A stretch of 63,942 bases of DNA, filler included, from Choristocarpus tenellus KU-1152 (taxonomy: Eukaryota; Protista; Phaeophyceae): the NCBI GenBank assembly GCA_964200185.2. It is 11 parts of 11 records of this genome, joined end to end, with 100 filler letters (N's around TTAATTAATTAA, not from the genome) between each part and the next. Parts side by side here need not be neighbours in the genome. Positions count along the whole stretch, not along the records: positions 1 to 9,147 come from CAXNAD020003941.1; positions 9,248 to 13,375 come from CAXNAD020016073.1; 9 more parts are not named here. One strand, 5' to 3'. Numbering within the stretch: position 1 is the stretch's first letter; every line of letters begins with the position of its first letter. The position numbers were made by a program, and so were the translations under genes. The notes beneath the pieces were generated by a model. It saw only the letters and a list, made by a program, of their open reading frames with translations. It was not told the origin of the DNA and made no database searches. Shown piece after piece: positions 1-13,283 of this stretch.

Positions 1-509
1 CAGTCAATTTTGGGTCAAGCCCATCCTCAATGAAAAGCTCCATCCTCAATTTTTGAAATCGGCTGTTTTAGGGAGAACTTGGTCTATCTACAAAGGAAAC
101 AAAGAGAAATGGGGTATTCCCAATTAGTGAACTATCAATAACCAACCGCACAAAAACTGAGTCACACCAGGTCCATTCTATTAGAAAAAAAACATCTTTC
201 ACAAAACGGAAACAAAAGGGAAGGAAAGAAAAACAACAAAACGGAAATATCAGGAGAAGCAACATTCAGTACACAACAATGGTGATTATAGTGAGTGCGC
301 ATGTGCTTTGATCTGATTGAACCGCATTAGCTACTGCTTTGGCATGACGTACATCAGCTATCACACCATCCTTGGAATGCCACTTTGCGATGAAGCTTGT
401 TGTGCTGACAACTGCACACTCGTATCACCAGTGTTGGTAGGTGTTGCCCGTTTGCTCAACCCTCAACCATAATCCAAAAATCTCATGGTTGTCTTGCAGG
501 AACACTCAC

Positions 510-616
510 CAGCTCTTCTCCTCTCCACCTTGGTTCTGTTTTTCATTTTTCCTGGAGTAATTTCCCCCAACACGTCGAACAGGAGTCTCCGCTTCTGAAC
601 AATCTGGGCGCATATT
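510..616 (-). CDS. Possible isolated internal exon of an unknown gene
   Basis: ctag acceptor and G|gtgagt donor enclose an open frame ICAQIVQKRRLLFDVLGEITPGKMKNRTKVERRRA. No homology recognised. Confidence 0.3.
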
Positions 617-2010
617 CTAGTGGACTAGAGCAAAGCATGTATTTGGCAGCTAAGCTGTCTTTCTCTGAGGAAAAATAGACCGTGAATGGTTACTTTCTTG
701 CCAGTCGTTTTTCATTGCGACGATATCTTGCCCTTGCTGTTCAAGTGCCAGGAGTGAAAAAGTTGTTGAGAGTGAATTATCTTAAACACCATCACTTCGT
801 GTCCAGGTGATTAGTGTAGTATTTGTGTAGGACACATACATGCAACGCACACTGTATAACACTATACATACACTGGAGTACATCCATCGTTGCTGCAACA
901 CTCTGGAATGGCACGTCAGCCTTTGCAGAAATAGACCGCCACTCTTAATAATGTTGGTTGATATAAAATACATTTTCGTGGCATGTCTTAAATTTTCTTC
1001 CTCATATCAATGGAAGTCCACAATAATTTATAATGTCAGAGTGGATTGGATCATTTACCCCGGACTACAAACTTGTCTAACTGTAATCCCAACCCAAACC
1101 ATAGAAAATACCTCCCTAGTTCTAATCGACTCTGACGTCGGAAAGTTTACCAGAATTGGTGTAAAGAGATATGTTACTAGTCCTGCAAAATTGTTATGTA
1201 CCATACCACTCATATCTTGGCTTTTGGATTGACAATAAATTTGAACGTACTCTATGTATTTGTGATCTGTCCGTTTCCGCCAATTAGAGAAGCAGGCAAT
1301 GAAGACGCGGGCTAGAAGGGATGAGGACAACCAGGCACATGACACAAAGATATGCCTTGGGTGGCTTCAAAGCCGGTAACGCGGGGTTGGAGTCGTATTG
1401 GGGGTACCCCTTACAGTACTTTTTTGCTGTCAGGGGAGGGGGGGGACAAGGATAACGGTGCTAGAAAAGGTCGAAGTTGGGAAGCCTCCTGAGTCGCCTG
1501 GAGTCAGGGTCGATGTCAGGAGGCTTGGCTTAGTAACCCAATATGAAAACAAGAGCAAACAGTGAGAAGTGATTTGAATTGTTTCTGCTCTGTTGGGTCC
1601 TAATGGAAACGCAGCCTCTCACCTTTGCTTTGTTTTTGTGACCTCCCTATACATTTCTAGTTTATTTTTTCAAAATAAGAGCAAAACTCCATGCCTGCCT
1701 GAGACTCTCCGCCAATATTTGAACGACCATGACCAACAATGCATATATTTGTTATTGGGTTACATCAAGAGCTAGTACACGATATAAATCAATCCAGTTA
1801 GGTGTTGTAGCACCAGGTAATCGCTCTATTCTCTTATTACTACTCAGTATTTGGCACACCCTGTGAAACAGCGTATCAATTATATTAAAAGAACTCACAG
1901 TTTGCTTTACGTTATTATGTATTCCGTTCTCTAGTATGTCACTAGCTACATTTTGGTCCTCTCCCCACCATTCTGTGTGCACCATAACTTGTTGACATGT
2001 GAGAATTAGT

Positions 2011-2058
2011 GGGTGTGGGTGTGGGTGTGGGTGTGGGTGTGGGTGTGGGTGTGGGTGT
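2011..2058. repeat. (GGGTGT)8 microsatellite
   Basis: Eight perfect hexamer copies. They explain the HP/TP/GC/WV repeat ORFs in the track. Confidence 0.95.
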
Positions 2059-3400
2059 GGATGTGTGCACGAGCGCACCACAAGAGTAACCAATACACAA
2101 ACAACAATAGATGGGCACCTCCCCAGAGTGTGTTGCGCACAATTTTTCCCCTTTGCTTCTCTACCATCAGCAAAAAAAATTATACAACTCTCTTTTGATT
2201 TTTCTCCCAAGATACACACATGGTGTCCACCCATCCTCTTTCTAATGGTGTCACTTTTGTTTGTGGTGGATCATCACAACTCCCATATTGTACCCCCTTC
2301 ACACCATGTTCTCCCCTGATTGCGACTAACTCATGCAAGGTTCAATACTACTACCACAAAACATACGCATCTCTGAAATGCCCTTGCCCCGCTTGTCACC
2401 AGCCCTTCCTGGGCTTGGGAGAAAATACATCATTATAGTAGGCAAGGACACATCAAAATAGCAAAACTTGATGCACAGTTCAATCCCACCCTTAAATAAA
2501 TTAGGGCGAGGCAATTAAACTTTCAACGAATACAATATGCAAACACACACTCCCTGCCAGACAATTGCACAACTATACATTCAATTTGACCCCAAAATCT
2601 CCGGATTCTATGCCGAAGCTTTAGAACCGCAGCTGGAAAATATACACAGAGTATATGTATATAAAGTCTGATGGCCTCTTACACACGTATGTATGGTTCA
2701 TATACAGTATACTCCATCCCATCTCTGGCACCACCCTTCCCTGGCACCACCCTTCACTCCACAACAGCCATCCTGTGCTTGCAGAGGCTCTCCTTGCAGA
2801 CAACATCTGAGTAGTCTAGAAAATCAAGACACTCTACCAAAAATCCGCTCACAACCCTTGGCTCACAACAAATTTCATTTCCACTCAAGTTCTTATGAAC
2901 TCCCTATGCTTCAGTGATAGTACAGTGTGCCATGCAAGATCAAAGCGTCTTCTACCCAAAACCACATGCCCAGCAAGCGGTTCATTTGGAAAGTAGCAGG
3001 GGAGGGCTGAGGGAGGACTGATGGGGGACAGGGGTCTCAAAAAAGTGCACAGGTACACGGCACAGGTCCTCTCTCTGACAATCCTCTCCCCATCGCAATT
3101 CTAGGAAGAAGACAAAGCGCCTTCAGCTGGTTGAAAGTCCACCTGGGAAACATACTGACCCAACGTCAGCCAGGTTTACAAAGGTTCTGGGTGCACAATT
3201 CACCAAAACCTTTCATTATAAACCACATTCTATCCAGCCTTACTGTTCCGCTGTCCTCTTCTCCACCACTTTGTTCCTTTTTGTACCTTCTCAACTCTCC
3301 ACTCAACTGAATATTCAGCTCATGTTTGCAACAGACGTCTTCCTCCTTCCCGCTCATTATCCTGCCAGTGTAGCAGACCCATTACATACTCTGTGTGAAT

Positions 3401-6400
3401 TTACCCAACCTGCTCCATGGGGGGGTGCTGGCGATCCCCGTAGAGGTGATCAATATCCTCCTGTTGATTGGGAATGGGGGGGAGGGGGAAGGAATGTTCT
3501 AACAAAATCTTGGTAGAAGGGGGGAGAAACTTGATTGAAAGTAAATCTGGAACACATAGGAAAAGGCAAAGGGTTGGCATATACCAAAGTCGACCTACAG
3601 CAATTGAATCATTGCTCACAGAGTGAAACTATTGCAGAAACGTGGAAACATGGTGTGTGTGAACAACAACTCTGACATGGCCAGAAACCCCTGTAGCTTT
3701 AAAAAAAACTCACACTGACTGGAAATGAGGAGTACGAGCATAAGAAGATTGTGAGTGATGTGTTCTTAATAGCCTTGTTGTAAAATCATGAGGACAAGAA
3801 TACTTTCCGGTCAATAAAGCATGTTTCCAAGTTGACAGGTCAGTCCTGAGTTGCTTACCTGGTAGTGCTTGATCACAACATGCCTCTTGACGCTGAGCTT
3901 TTGGGTCATCATCTGTCTCTCCTTAGTGAAGCCCTCATCCACCAGCTCCCACTTGCGGGGTATCTGCAGCCAGTGAGATAGATGTTAGAGTGTGCAAATA
4001 TGACTGTATTAATATAGCCTGATAATGTCAGCAAAGTGATGTCACTAGAATGGGTCAAGCTGAGGGGTCACTCTGAGTGCATGCTACAATATGAGGTCCA
4101 TTGAGTGCAAGGCTTAAAATTTCGAGTACTGATATGCCCTCAGATTACCAGGGCGACAATATCCCAGCGGTGGAACGCCCCTGAGCTACAGTAGTGCTAA
4201 CAATGAAGTGGATGTCAAAATAAAACAAAATTAGAGGTTGGTTTCAGTCCTCGCTCGACCACTTTCCACAAATCTCTGCGGTGGGAGGATAAGAGATAGA
4301 AAAAGAGAGGGGGTCCAGTTAACAGGGTAGAATAGGAAATGCAAAGAGTGAGATGACCTCTCCATTAGAACATGTAACCATTGGGTGATGGCCCACAGAT
4401 TAAACTGGGTACCACACTGGCCTCTGAATTTGTAAAATATGTATATATTTACACTCTATCATCGAGACAGTCTTACAAATAGTTATATTTAAATGCAGTT
4501 CATTTCCACACATTGACTTCATGCATGATCAAATGATGCTTGAGGAGATTGTTCAGGTGTTACCATTGAGAGGGAAGCGACGTACAACATGCTTGCATTC
4601 GTGGTTAAATACAATAGAAGTATTAGAGGAGAAAGGATGTTTCTGGCATTGAAGCATAGATATGGAATTGCAACAAAGAAAAGCACAAACTAAATTTATA
4701 TGGTGATGTGCAAAGCACATTACAACTTTAAGCTAAAACTATATGGTGCACTAAATTTGTCTACTGTTAAGTGATACACCTTGTACTGCACATACCAAAC
4801 CAAGCACTCTAGTTTCGATGGCAGGAAATATAGGCGTTTTTCCAGAGTGATGCTGCCTGGCACAACCTTGAGAGACATCCTGCGTCATAAATAAAACATC
4901 ACTTATAATTGTAACTATCTCGAGAGAGTGCAAAATGGAGGAGAGGGGTGCCATACAGATGATACACAAAAATATAGCTTGCTGTAGAACTTGCAATTGT
5001 CTTGAATCTCATAATAGTGATAAATCTGACCTCATATTTCTTGAAGCCCTCCAATGACGTTTGCACCTCACCCTCAATCAGATTGCGAACCAGCTGGTTC
5101 GATGCAAGTTCATCCTTCGTGGCTTCAGGACCAAGGCCTGTCTTGCTCTGTGCCCAGGTTTTCAGCAGATCCCAGTCCGGGAAAAACAGTGCCACATTGT
5201 AGGGCCGGTTGTCACCATACACAAGGGCCTGGGTATGGATGGCCACAAAAAATGGAAAACATACGTAGGATGTTGCAAAAGGTAGGTCAGGGCATGTTTG
5301 TAGATGTCCGTATTGCTGATCACATTTTGTTGGCAGATATGGGGGGGTGTAATATAGATCAAACTTGTCCTTTTCAACTAAACATTCTTGAGGCACAACC
5401 TAAACAGTCAAGGTGAACGTTCAAAGTATCAATCTGCGTCATCCATAGAGAGTACAGTTGAGCTTTGAAAGTTTACCACCTCCACAAAGGGGTATATTGC
5501 CTTTGCAAATCTACAACAAACTTGTTCTCTTATGTTTGTCTTTCGGGTGAACACCAGAAAGGTACTAGCTCATCAGACCGGTCAAAGGTGCAGGCCAATC
5601 TTGCTCCTCTCTCTTTTGCCTTATCACAATGCCACCTCAAGTACATCTCTGTTCAGCTCCACATATGAGAGCAAATAACAACTCTCACATTCAAACTACC
5701 ATTGAGAACAATCGTTTGGAAAATCATGTCAAATGATGGTTAAATAGTTAAATGGAGGACTTCTTGACGGTTCTGGTGAAGGGGCTACGCCAACACTGAA
5801 ACACAGTAGAAATGGTGTGTGCAACAACAACAGTGACAAGAACTCCTCACACCTTCCAATAACAAACTACATGTTTTCTAGTTTCATTATATTCATTTCC
5901 ATGGGATATTCAATTCAACCAAACTATGTAGCATATGTTCTAGCATGTCGCATTCAGCTTGCAGCACCCCCAGCCATTTTCTCATTTATTTTGTGCTGTA
6001 GCTAACATTGGAGTCGTTCATTCACCATTCACAAGAAGGGACCAATGATACTTTCTTGGCGTTTCTCTAAGGACCAGAGTTGTATTGCCTATCACGTCAC
6101 CTGAGTAATATACTTTGATGACGTGAGTGCTGCCTCCACAGGTCCAGGCACAACGTATTTTCCATTTTCCAGCTTGAATTGCTCCTTGATCCTCCCGGTG
6201 ATGTGCAGATATATGCCCTCATCCATCCTCCCCAGATCTCCGGTGCGGAAATATCTGTATCAGGTTGAATAATAATATGCATGCTGCCCGGTCAAGATAC
6301 ATCTACTTCAACCATGTTATTGACAGAGATGTGCACGCCCTAGTGCAACTTTTGGAATGGAAGCAGTAGCTCGGGTTGATAAATGATACTTTCTGGTCAA

Positions 6401-8635
6401 GGAACAAATGTGAATTGTGTGTTTGTATCTTCAAGAAGTTGGGCTAGTGTGTTTGCATTCGTTTTAGGGACAAAGACAAGAGGACATTTGCATGTTTAAT
6501 TTCACTTCGATCAGGTACTACTGAATTGTGTTCTCCTTCAGTTGTAGCTTGACAAATATTTGAAGGGATCAATAACTTGAGAAGGTATGTGAGAGTACTT
6601 GAAATGCCGAAGGCACTTCAACGCAGTATCAAGAGCTGCAAGGTAGGATAGAACATACAGGGAGAGGTAATGAGGGAAAGAGCTAGTTGGGTAGGTTGAA
6701 CGTCTGGGGTGACTCACCTCTCTCCATCAACGTCAAAAAAAACCTTCGATGTTTCTTCCGGGAGGTTGTTGTAACCTTGCATAACATTTGTCCCACTCAC
6801 ACAGATCTCCCCTTCCTGCAAGATTGACCGAAACAACCACAGTACAGACAGGTGCAGAGCACTGAGAAGGTCAGCACCATCTAGGCTAAGTAGGAACATT
6901 GCAAGCGGGAAGTGGGGGAGAAAGAAGTACTTTCAAAGGATATAACACTCTTGAAAAACACCTGACACTTATCCTTTGAACTGCTTGAGCGACTAAAAAA
7001 TTGAAAACAACAAAAGATACTTGTAAGAAATGAAAATATGTACACATTTGAAGACCTAGACACCTAGACAAACTCAACCTCCCCTGGACTCCCACCTACC
7101 TCGCCAGGTCCTGCCTCCACCCCATTGTTGAAGACTCGTACATTGACACCTTCCAAGCACCTCCCAGTAGAACCTAGGCGTCGAAACTTCTGCTCAGGCG
7201 TATTGACTGTCACCAATGGGGACGTCTCAGTGAGTCCATACCCCTCACATATCTTGATTCCGATGTTCTCAAAAAAACTGAGCACCTCCAGTGGCGTTGC
7301 TGCACCACCCACAAAGCTGACCTGTAAACCAATTCAACAGGGGCGAAAAACAGAATTGTAGGTACGGATCAACAGGGGAACTACATGTGTGGGTGCTGGT
7401 CCTCAATATTTCAATATTTTGGGCGTTATAAGCTATGCTATATCCTAGAGCAAAAATAAAAAAATAAATGCAAACGCAAAAATTGAGTGCTACCAAGAAC
7501 GACAGGAAAAGGTGCGATTTTGACATAGTAACGCATCCTGCTACCTAAGCAAAGAGCATAGCGTAGAGTATGAGGGCCAAAGTAAACGATAGGTACTCAG
7601 GTTTTCGCAGTTTTGCATTTCAATTCTCCTTTTCAATATTTTGCAATTCAACCATACTTCCATGGATGAGCTTCTAAGTTCGACTTGAGAACGTTTATTT
7701 CTCTATTTTTTTAAACGTTTCTGATACATTTCAGAAAGTATCCTATAGACATTTGTAAAAAATCCCAATTTTGCACATATTTGTCAGCGTATGTAAAATG
7801 CAACTCTACATACCTCTATTTCACTTTGACTCTGAGTGAAAATACTGTATCAAGTCCCTCAATACATCATATTCATACAACTACTACCATCGATCTTGGC
7901 ATGAACAATTGGTTCAATCTTCTCGTTGCTTTGCAGCATGATTCTCCAAACAGTCCTCATTCCCCATATCACTGATCTATATCATCATTATGTGTGTATC
8001 ATCGGCTACTCTGTCGCAGTTGTTGCAACCATAGCAGTATCCAAACATACTCTTTCCTCATACTTCATATAGGCACGGCATTGATAGGTACATTGCCGTC
8101 CATCCACCAACTTGCACAACCTGCCCACCAGCTCACCTTGAGATTGCCCCCAAACCGGTCACGGATCTTACCCAACACCACCTGAAAAACGAAATAAGGT
8201 TTGAATCTAGTGGGTGAGGCATACAAAATACAAAATTCTTAGAGCTGGGCCAACTTCAAACAGTGATGCATTGATCTTGAGACTATTTATCAATACAGAA
8301 AAAAACAGCTATGAAGTGTGAAGTGTTGTTCTGTACTACAGTAGGTTGCACTCCGTTTTACAGATCAACCTGGCCCCAAATCACACATGTATCACACACC
8401 AAACAAACATCTTACACCACATAAGTTTCTGACTGCAAGACTTGCACCAACAACTCAAGAAGCTCTACTGCAGAAGCAGTGACCACGACTTGTGGCTCAC
8501 CTGGTTCAGTAGCTTGTGTTGCATCTCAGTGAGAGTGCCGATCTCTGTGCCTCTCTCCAGGTGTAGCCGTCTGTGGTGAGCCACCTGAACACTCTTTGCG
8601 AACAGATATTGGCTTATAGGGCTACTCTCGGCAAC
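3401..8635 (-). CDS. Long-chain acyl-CoA synthetase (AMP-binding family), 5' partial, 8 exons
   Basis: In-phase GT-AG exons 8501-8635, 8137-8181, 7100-7321, 6718-6815, 6101-6254, 5031-5228, 3859-3963 and 3401-3460. Motifs: FGGNLK..GGAATP, EGYGLTETSP, GEICVSGTNVMQGY, FRTGDLG, ITGRIKEQFKLENGKYVVP, MTQKLSVKR, IDHLY. Confidence 0.92.
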
Positions 8636-9147
8636 CTGCAGGCCAGTGGGATGAGTTGTGCAGAATATGAGGCATTAGATACACACTCTGTAGTATCATT
8701 TGGATTGCTGTGAAGTCAGTTCACGTGGGTGTGGGGTGACAAAGATGTGCAAATATCTGAAACTCCAGCTGCTACTGGGCATGAGCATTTCCTGAGACAG
8801 GTCACTCCCACTTGTCTGACTGCTCTGGATATATGAACAAGCTACAACTGAGAGCTATCCTATCTTAGCGGGGGGTGTTGTCAAGTAGTTCACGGTCCTG
8901 CAACTGCCTCATGGTACATGTCCTTCAAGTGTTCTGAAGAGCGATTTCGCACTAATGTGGACAAGCATTGTCTGCTCATCTGCAGTCATCACATATAAGG
9001 GGGTTGGCTGCATTTCAGGCAAGGGAATGGGGTTTCAGGCAAAACGTTTTTACAAACTTAAAAGATCCTAATCGACCCCCCTCTAGGATAGAACTGCTCA
9101 CAATACATATATATATATGTATGCTTACACAATTTCCATCTGAACCC

Positions 9148-9247
9148 NNNNNNNNNNNNNNNNNNNNNNNNNNNNNNNNNNNNNNNNNNNNTTAATTAAT
9201 TAANNNNNNNNNNNNNNNNNNNNNNNNNNNNNNNNNNNNNNNNNNNN
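9148..9247. other. Artificial contig-joining linker (44N + TTAATTAATTAA + 44N), first of 10
   Basis: The identical 100-bp spacer with six-frame stops also occurs at 13376-13475, 17876-17975, 25430-25529, 31962-32061, 36309-36408, 39762-39861, 45891-45990, 50147-50246 and 61198-61297. A separate 10-N gap lies at 53410-53419. Confidence 0.98.
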
Positions 9248-9518
9248 ATGGCTTCCACTTTAATCCCCTACCAGCAATGCACTGTACTGCTGTATGGTAG
9301 CATGACTCAGGAAGAAGAGCACTTTTCGCGACAATTTTTTTCGCGCGCGCCACTCTCGCGTGAATACCTCTGGGATTTTGTGTCAAATCGCCCGAATACG
9401 AGAATTCCGGCACAAAAGTCTATTTTGGGGGGCATGTCGAAAAACAACGGTACATAATTGCATATTTTTCGATTTGGTTCATAATATTTGGTCCAAAATA
9501 GGGTAACCTGCTTTATAC

Positions 9519-9668
9519 TTGCTTCGGACACTCCTTTTCTTAACGTACACATTTTACCTACTCCAAACCTGTTTTGGAGTAGGTAAAATGTCATTAAAAA
9601 CCAGTGGGAAGTCAAGCCCCAAATGGACAATCAGGGAAAAGTTCGCACCCTCTAAGATACTTTCACTC
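9519..9668 (+). mobile_element. MITE-A, right-hand part
   Basis: Carries the internal hairpin and the right TIR ...CCCTCTAAGATACTTTCACTC. Confidence 0.8.
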
Positions 9669-10273
9669 AGGACTATACTTCAGATGGAACGATCAGTCGA
9701 TGCGAGGGACCGTGACCAAGTACCTACTACACTGTGAAAGTTAGAGAGGAGCAAGTCAGCTGCCCCTACAAGGTTAAATGGGAGAATGGCCAATTGCGAA
9801 ATATCCGGCTTCTTGTCGAACGATACAGTATGGACCAAGACGCTCCTCCACGTGCCTGGTTCTGGACAAGTCCCACTCTGCTCCCATACTGACGAGAGAC
9901 ACGACTTTGAGGAGCAACCTAGGCTAATTCCTGATCGTGAGTCACCCTCTATGTCACCAATCAGACACATGCCTCGACAGACATGTTGTAACTGGAGAGG
10001 TCGAATGATCTCCAAATCAACACTAATATACATTTCGCATATTAATCCTTCATATTTTCCTGATGAGTTTGTGCCTATGTGTCCTCATACGCATGCTATT
10101 ATTGGCCCGATGGCTACCTGGAACTCATCGCGATTAAGTGCGTTCCGCCACTATCCTCTGACACTCTTACTGACACGTCCCAATCATTTTCCTCCCCTCT
10201 TTGCGTTGATCGAACCACAGAGCAATGGACAGAAACCTTGCTAAACTAACAAGACGCAGAAGAATCTCGTACT

Positions 10274-10534
10274 GAGCCAAAGTATGTTAGAGGGTATAGT
10301 CGCGTCCATTTGGGGACCAAAATCCGATGTTGCAATTTTGATATAATTTTGACTATATGTTTGTTAGGAGATGTCAATATCCTTGTCTAGACACTCCTTT
10401 TCATAACGTATACATTTTACCTACTCCGAAACATTTTGGAGTAGGTAAAAAATGTCACTAAAAACCCATGGGAAGCCAAGCCCCACATGGAGACAGACAG
10501 GACAAAATTCGTACCCTCTAAGATACTTTCACTC
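10274..10534 (+). mobile_element. MITE-A, complete (~260 bp)
   Basis: TIRs GAGCCAAAGTATGTTAGAGGGTA / TACCCTCTAAGATACTTTCACTC, flanked by ACT on both sides. Confidence 0.9.
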
Positions 10535-10750
10535 ACTCCGTACCACCATCTTCAGCACAAGTTGAGATTTTCACAACAGATGACCCCTCTTCCACACCCA
10601 ATCCAAACGGTGGCAACCATCCCAGCTCCAAACTATGAAACCAACGGCAAGTTCCCTGAGTCACCATACCATAGTCTATACCCACTCAAGCGCCAAGCGT
10701 AGGTCCTAAAGGCATTTTATTCCAAAATACATCAAAAAAGGACGGTGACA

Positions 10751-10877
10751 GGGCCACAAAGTATCTGGGGGGGTGGTGGTTAGTGAGGGGGCGTCCGTTT
10801 CGGTCCCAACAAGTTGCTCAGAAATTATAGCAACTGCTCCGCAACGGAAGACAGCACCCCCCCAGATACTTTGACCC
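10751..10877 (+). mobile_element. MITE-B, short complete copy with G-tract TIRs
   Basis: CAAAGTATCTGGGGGGGTG ... CACCCCCCCAGATACTTTG inverted ends. Confidence 0.8.
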
Positions 10878-10934
10878 AACTCTATTTCCTGAAGGCAACG
10901 TTACATCATCAATTGCGCCCCTAGACACACAAGT

Positions 10935-11192
10935 AGGTAAAAGTATCTTAGAGGGTACGAGTTTTGCCCTGTTTGTCCGTTTGGGGATTGGCTTCCCACA
11001 GGGTTTTGATGGCACTTTCCTATTCCGAAATGTTTCAGAGTAGGTAAAATGTATACTTTATGAAATGGTGTGTCCAGAACGAGGATATTGACACTTCCTA
11101 ACAAACACGATGACCAAAATTACAATAAAATCGCAAGAATGGATTTTGGCCCCCGAAAGGACACGGCTCTACCATCTAAGATATTTTGACTC
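10935..11192 (-). mobile_element. MITE-A, complete, diverged
   Basis: Collinear with the 10274-10534 copy in reverse orientation. Confidence 0.85.
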
Positions 11193-11279
11193 CTTTTCAC
11201 TCCAAGAGAGGGTTCAGAAGAACAAGAAAGCACTTGTGGCAATGTCACGCCATCACTAGCACTGTCGGTGCCATTTCAC

Positions 11280-13230
11280 CCACAAATCTCTATGCCTTTG
11301 CTCATGTGAAGACTATCGTCACTATCACTCAACCCTCCCTCCTTCTGGCCGGATACGCTCGAGGAATCTTCTGTACCTCCTGAGAGTAGAGCAAGGTCAT
11401 CATCATCCCATTCAATGTGATCGCTATCATGCTCCACCTGTCTCTCTTGACCTTGTACTCTTGCACGAGTCTGAGGCTGTGCCTCATTCAGCTTTTTTCT
11501 TCTTCGCGATAAATGGTCCCATCTTGCAGTGTTTCCCCCCTGTATATCTGCAGTGACAAAGGGGGAGCCGTGGATATCAGCACCAACAAATGAAGCTAGT
11601 TTCTGAGGTGGTGACGGGAGGGAAGTCAACAGAAAGGGAACTCCGTGGTTACTCTTTACTTTGACTTGTTGCAATTTTCTTGCTAATTAGTAGAGCCCAG
11701 CTCCACTCTCATCCAGATAAAGATAGACACTTGGACAGGACATAGCAGGGCACCTTACGCAGGTAGACCTCTGAAGGCCAACAAAATAAAAAGGAAATCC
11801 TACCATTGTGCGCCACCCATGGTCTTGACTGATTTAAGATACTCAGTGGCCCCGATAAGCCCCACTCTTGAATCTTGCTTACTGTCTCGTCACCCTTCCA
11901 ACTTGTCCACCACCTGTCTCCTCGTACCCTGCAGCAATTGCTACCATAAAGTCCTCTATCGACTCACAAGGGTGTGCTATACCATTATTTGGAGGTCAGA
12001 AATAACCTGTCCTTTATTAATGCTCATGATATTTGACATGCACATACTCTGGATGAAGAATATTGACGGCAGAGTGCAAAAAGGAAATGCATATACCCAT
12101 GCTTTGAAGTTTGAATCTCTTGGATTGTATCGAGTCAGAGTAACATGTCTGAATGATTCTCCCCTATTCAATATTGAAGATCCTCCACATCTTCCATTTA
12201 AGTACAACATCCGTGAAAAAGCTGGGTCATGCACAGTGTTGGGCTACCAGCAAGATGCTGTATCGAACAAAAGGACTCCAGGAATTTCACAAGGAACTTA
12301 ATATCAGAGCAAAAGGAGCAGGGCTCCTTATCATCATCTTGCTCCTCCATTCTTGCATCCTTGGCACCACCACAAAATCTCAGATGATGCCACTGATCTT
12401 CGTAGTGTTGATAAACCACAACCTCAACAAACTTTGACTTCGGCTGCGAGAGTTACAGAAGCCAAGGACAGTACATATATATACATAGATTTATCAAAAA
12501 CAGTCGGAGAGGCAAAGAGTTGATACACTTGCAAGTGAGGCTCTACTACAGAAAACCTTTACGAAAATGTAGCTGCCAAAATGGTATCAAGGACATGTAG
12601 ATTTTGTACTGCCAAGACAGCTTTTACATTTATCATGGTCATGCATGATACACACCTGGAAGGAGACCCTCCAGCATGATGAACATAGTGCCAAAGCGAG
12701 TCTTGCCATGCAGCAAAGAACCTTTACGGGCAACTTATCCTCAAGGATGGCAAGAGTCTCTTCGGTGATTCTAGATGAACTCGGTTGCCACCTTGGCAGG
12801 CTTGGAAAGTTTCCTGCAACTCATTCCTCTTTCCCGATGTCACCAAGGAGAAGGTCCATCCCACGAGCAGTGCACGTGGAGGCTGTAATCCTATGTGTGG
12901 TTGGCATGGAGAAGAAAATAAAGATAAGAGCTATGTGCATGTCAGAGGTTGCATTATTGTCGCGGTGAGAGTTTCTGGTACTCACCAGGTGTGTGTCTCC
13001 TCCACAATCCTGAGCATACCCGCATATGCTCTGTCAGACACAACATAGTATATGAAAGCGTCAATATGAGACTCAAGTTTCAGACAAGTACTGCATATCT
13101 ATCCTGTGCCTAGTGTTGAAAACTGAACCAAGAAACTACTCCTGGCACCAATTCAAACAATATTGTTGATGAGTGGGTTCTCCTGCCAGTAAGAAGTTAG
13201 TCGGACAAGAAGTGAAAGTGGAAGGGCAAC
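11280..13230 (-). pseudogene. hAT-superfamily transposase relic (DUF659-type region plus C-terminal dimerisation domain)
   Basis: Frameshifted minus-strand pieces: NPLINN, VVSD, CTARGMDLLLGDIGKE (cf. CxAHxxDLxLEDIGK), TEFI*NH, HGKTRFGTMFIMLE, DIKFLVKFLE, LHSAVNILHPEY, LRKVPCYVLSKCLSLSG*EWSW (cf. SSSxCERxW). Confidence 0.8.
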
Positions 13231-13283
13231 GTATTGGTTGGAGCGTTGAGAGAGTCAGATACCACATACTGGAGACAAGAAAT

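Noticed and set aside
1752-2319. ORFs with HP, TP, GC and WV dipeptide repeats
   Set aside because: These are translations of the (GGGTGT)8 microsatellite.
3101-3142. Alternative last exon of the acyl-CoA synthetase (VDFQPAEGALSSS*)
   Set aside because: It is in phase if a donor at 3409 is used, but the preceding exon already reaches a stop at 3401. This is undecidable without transcripts.
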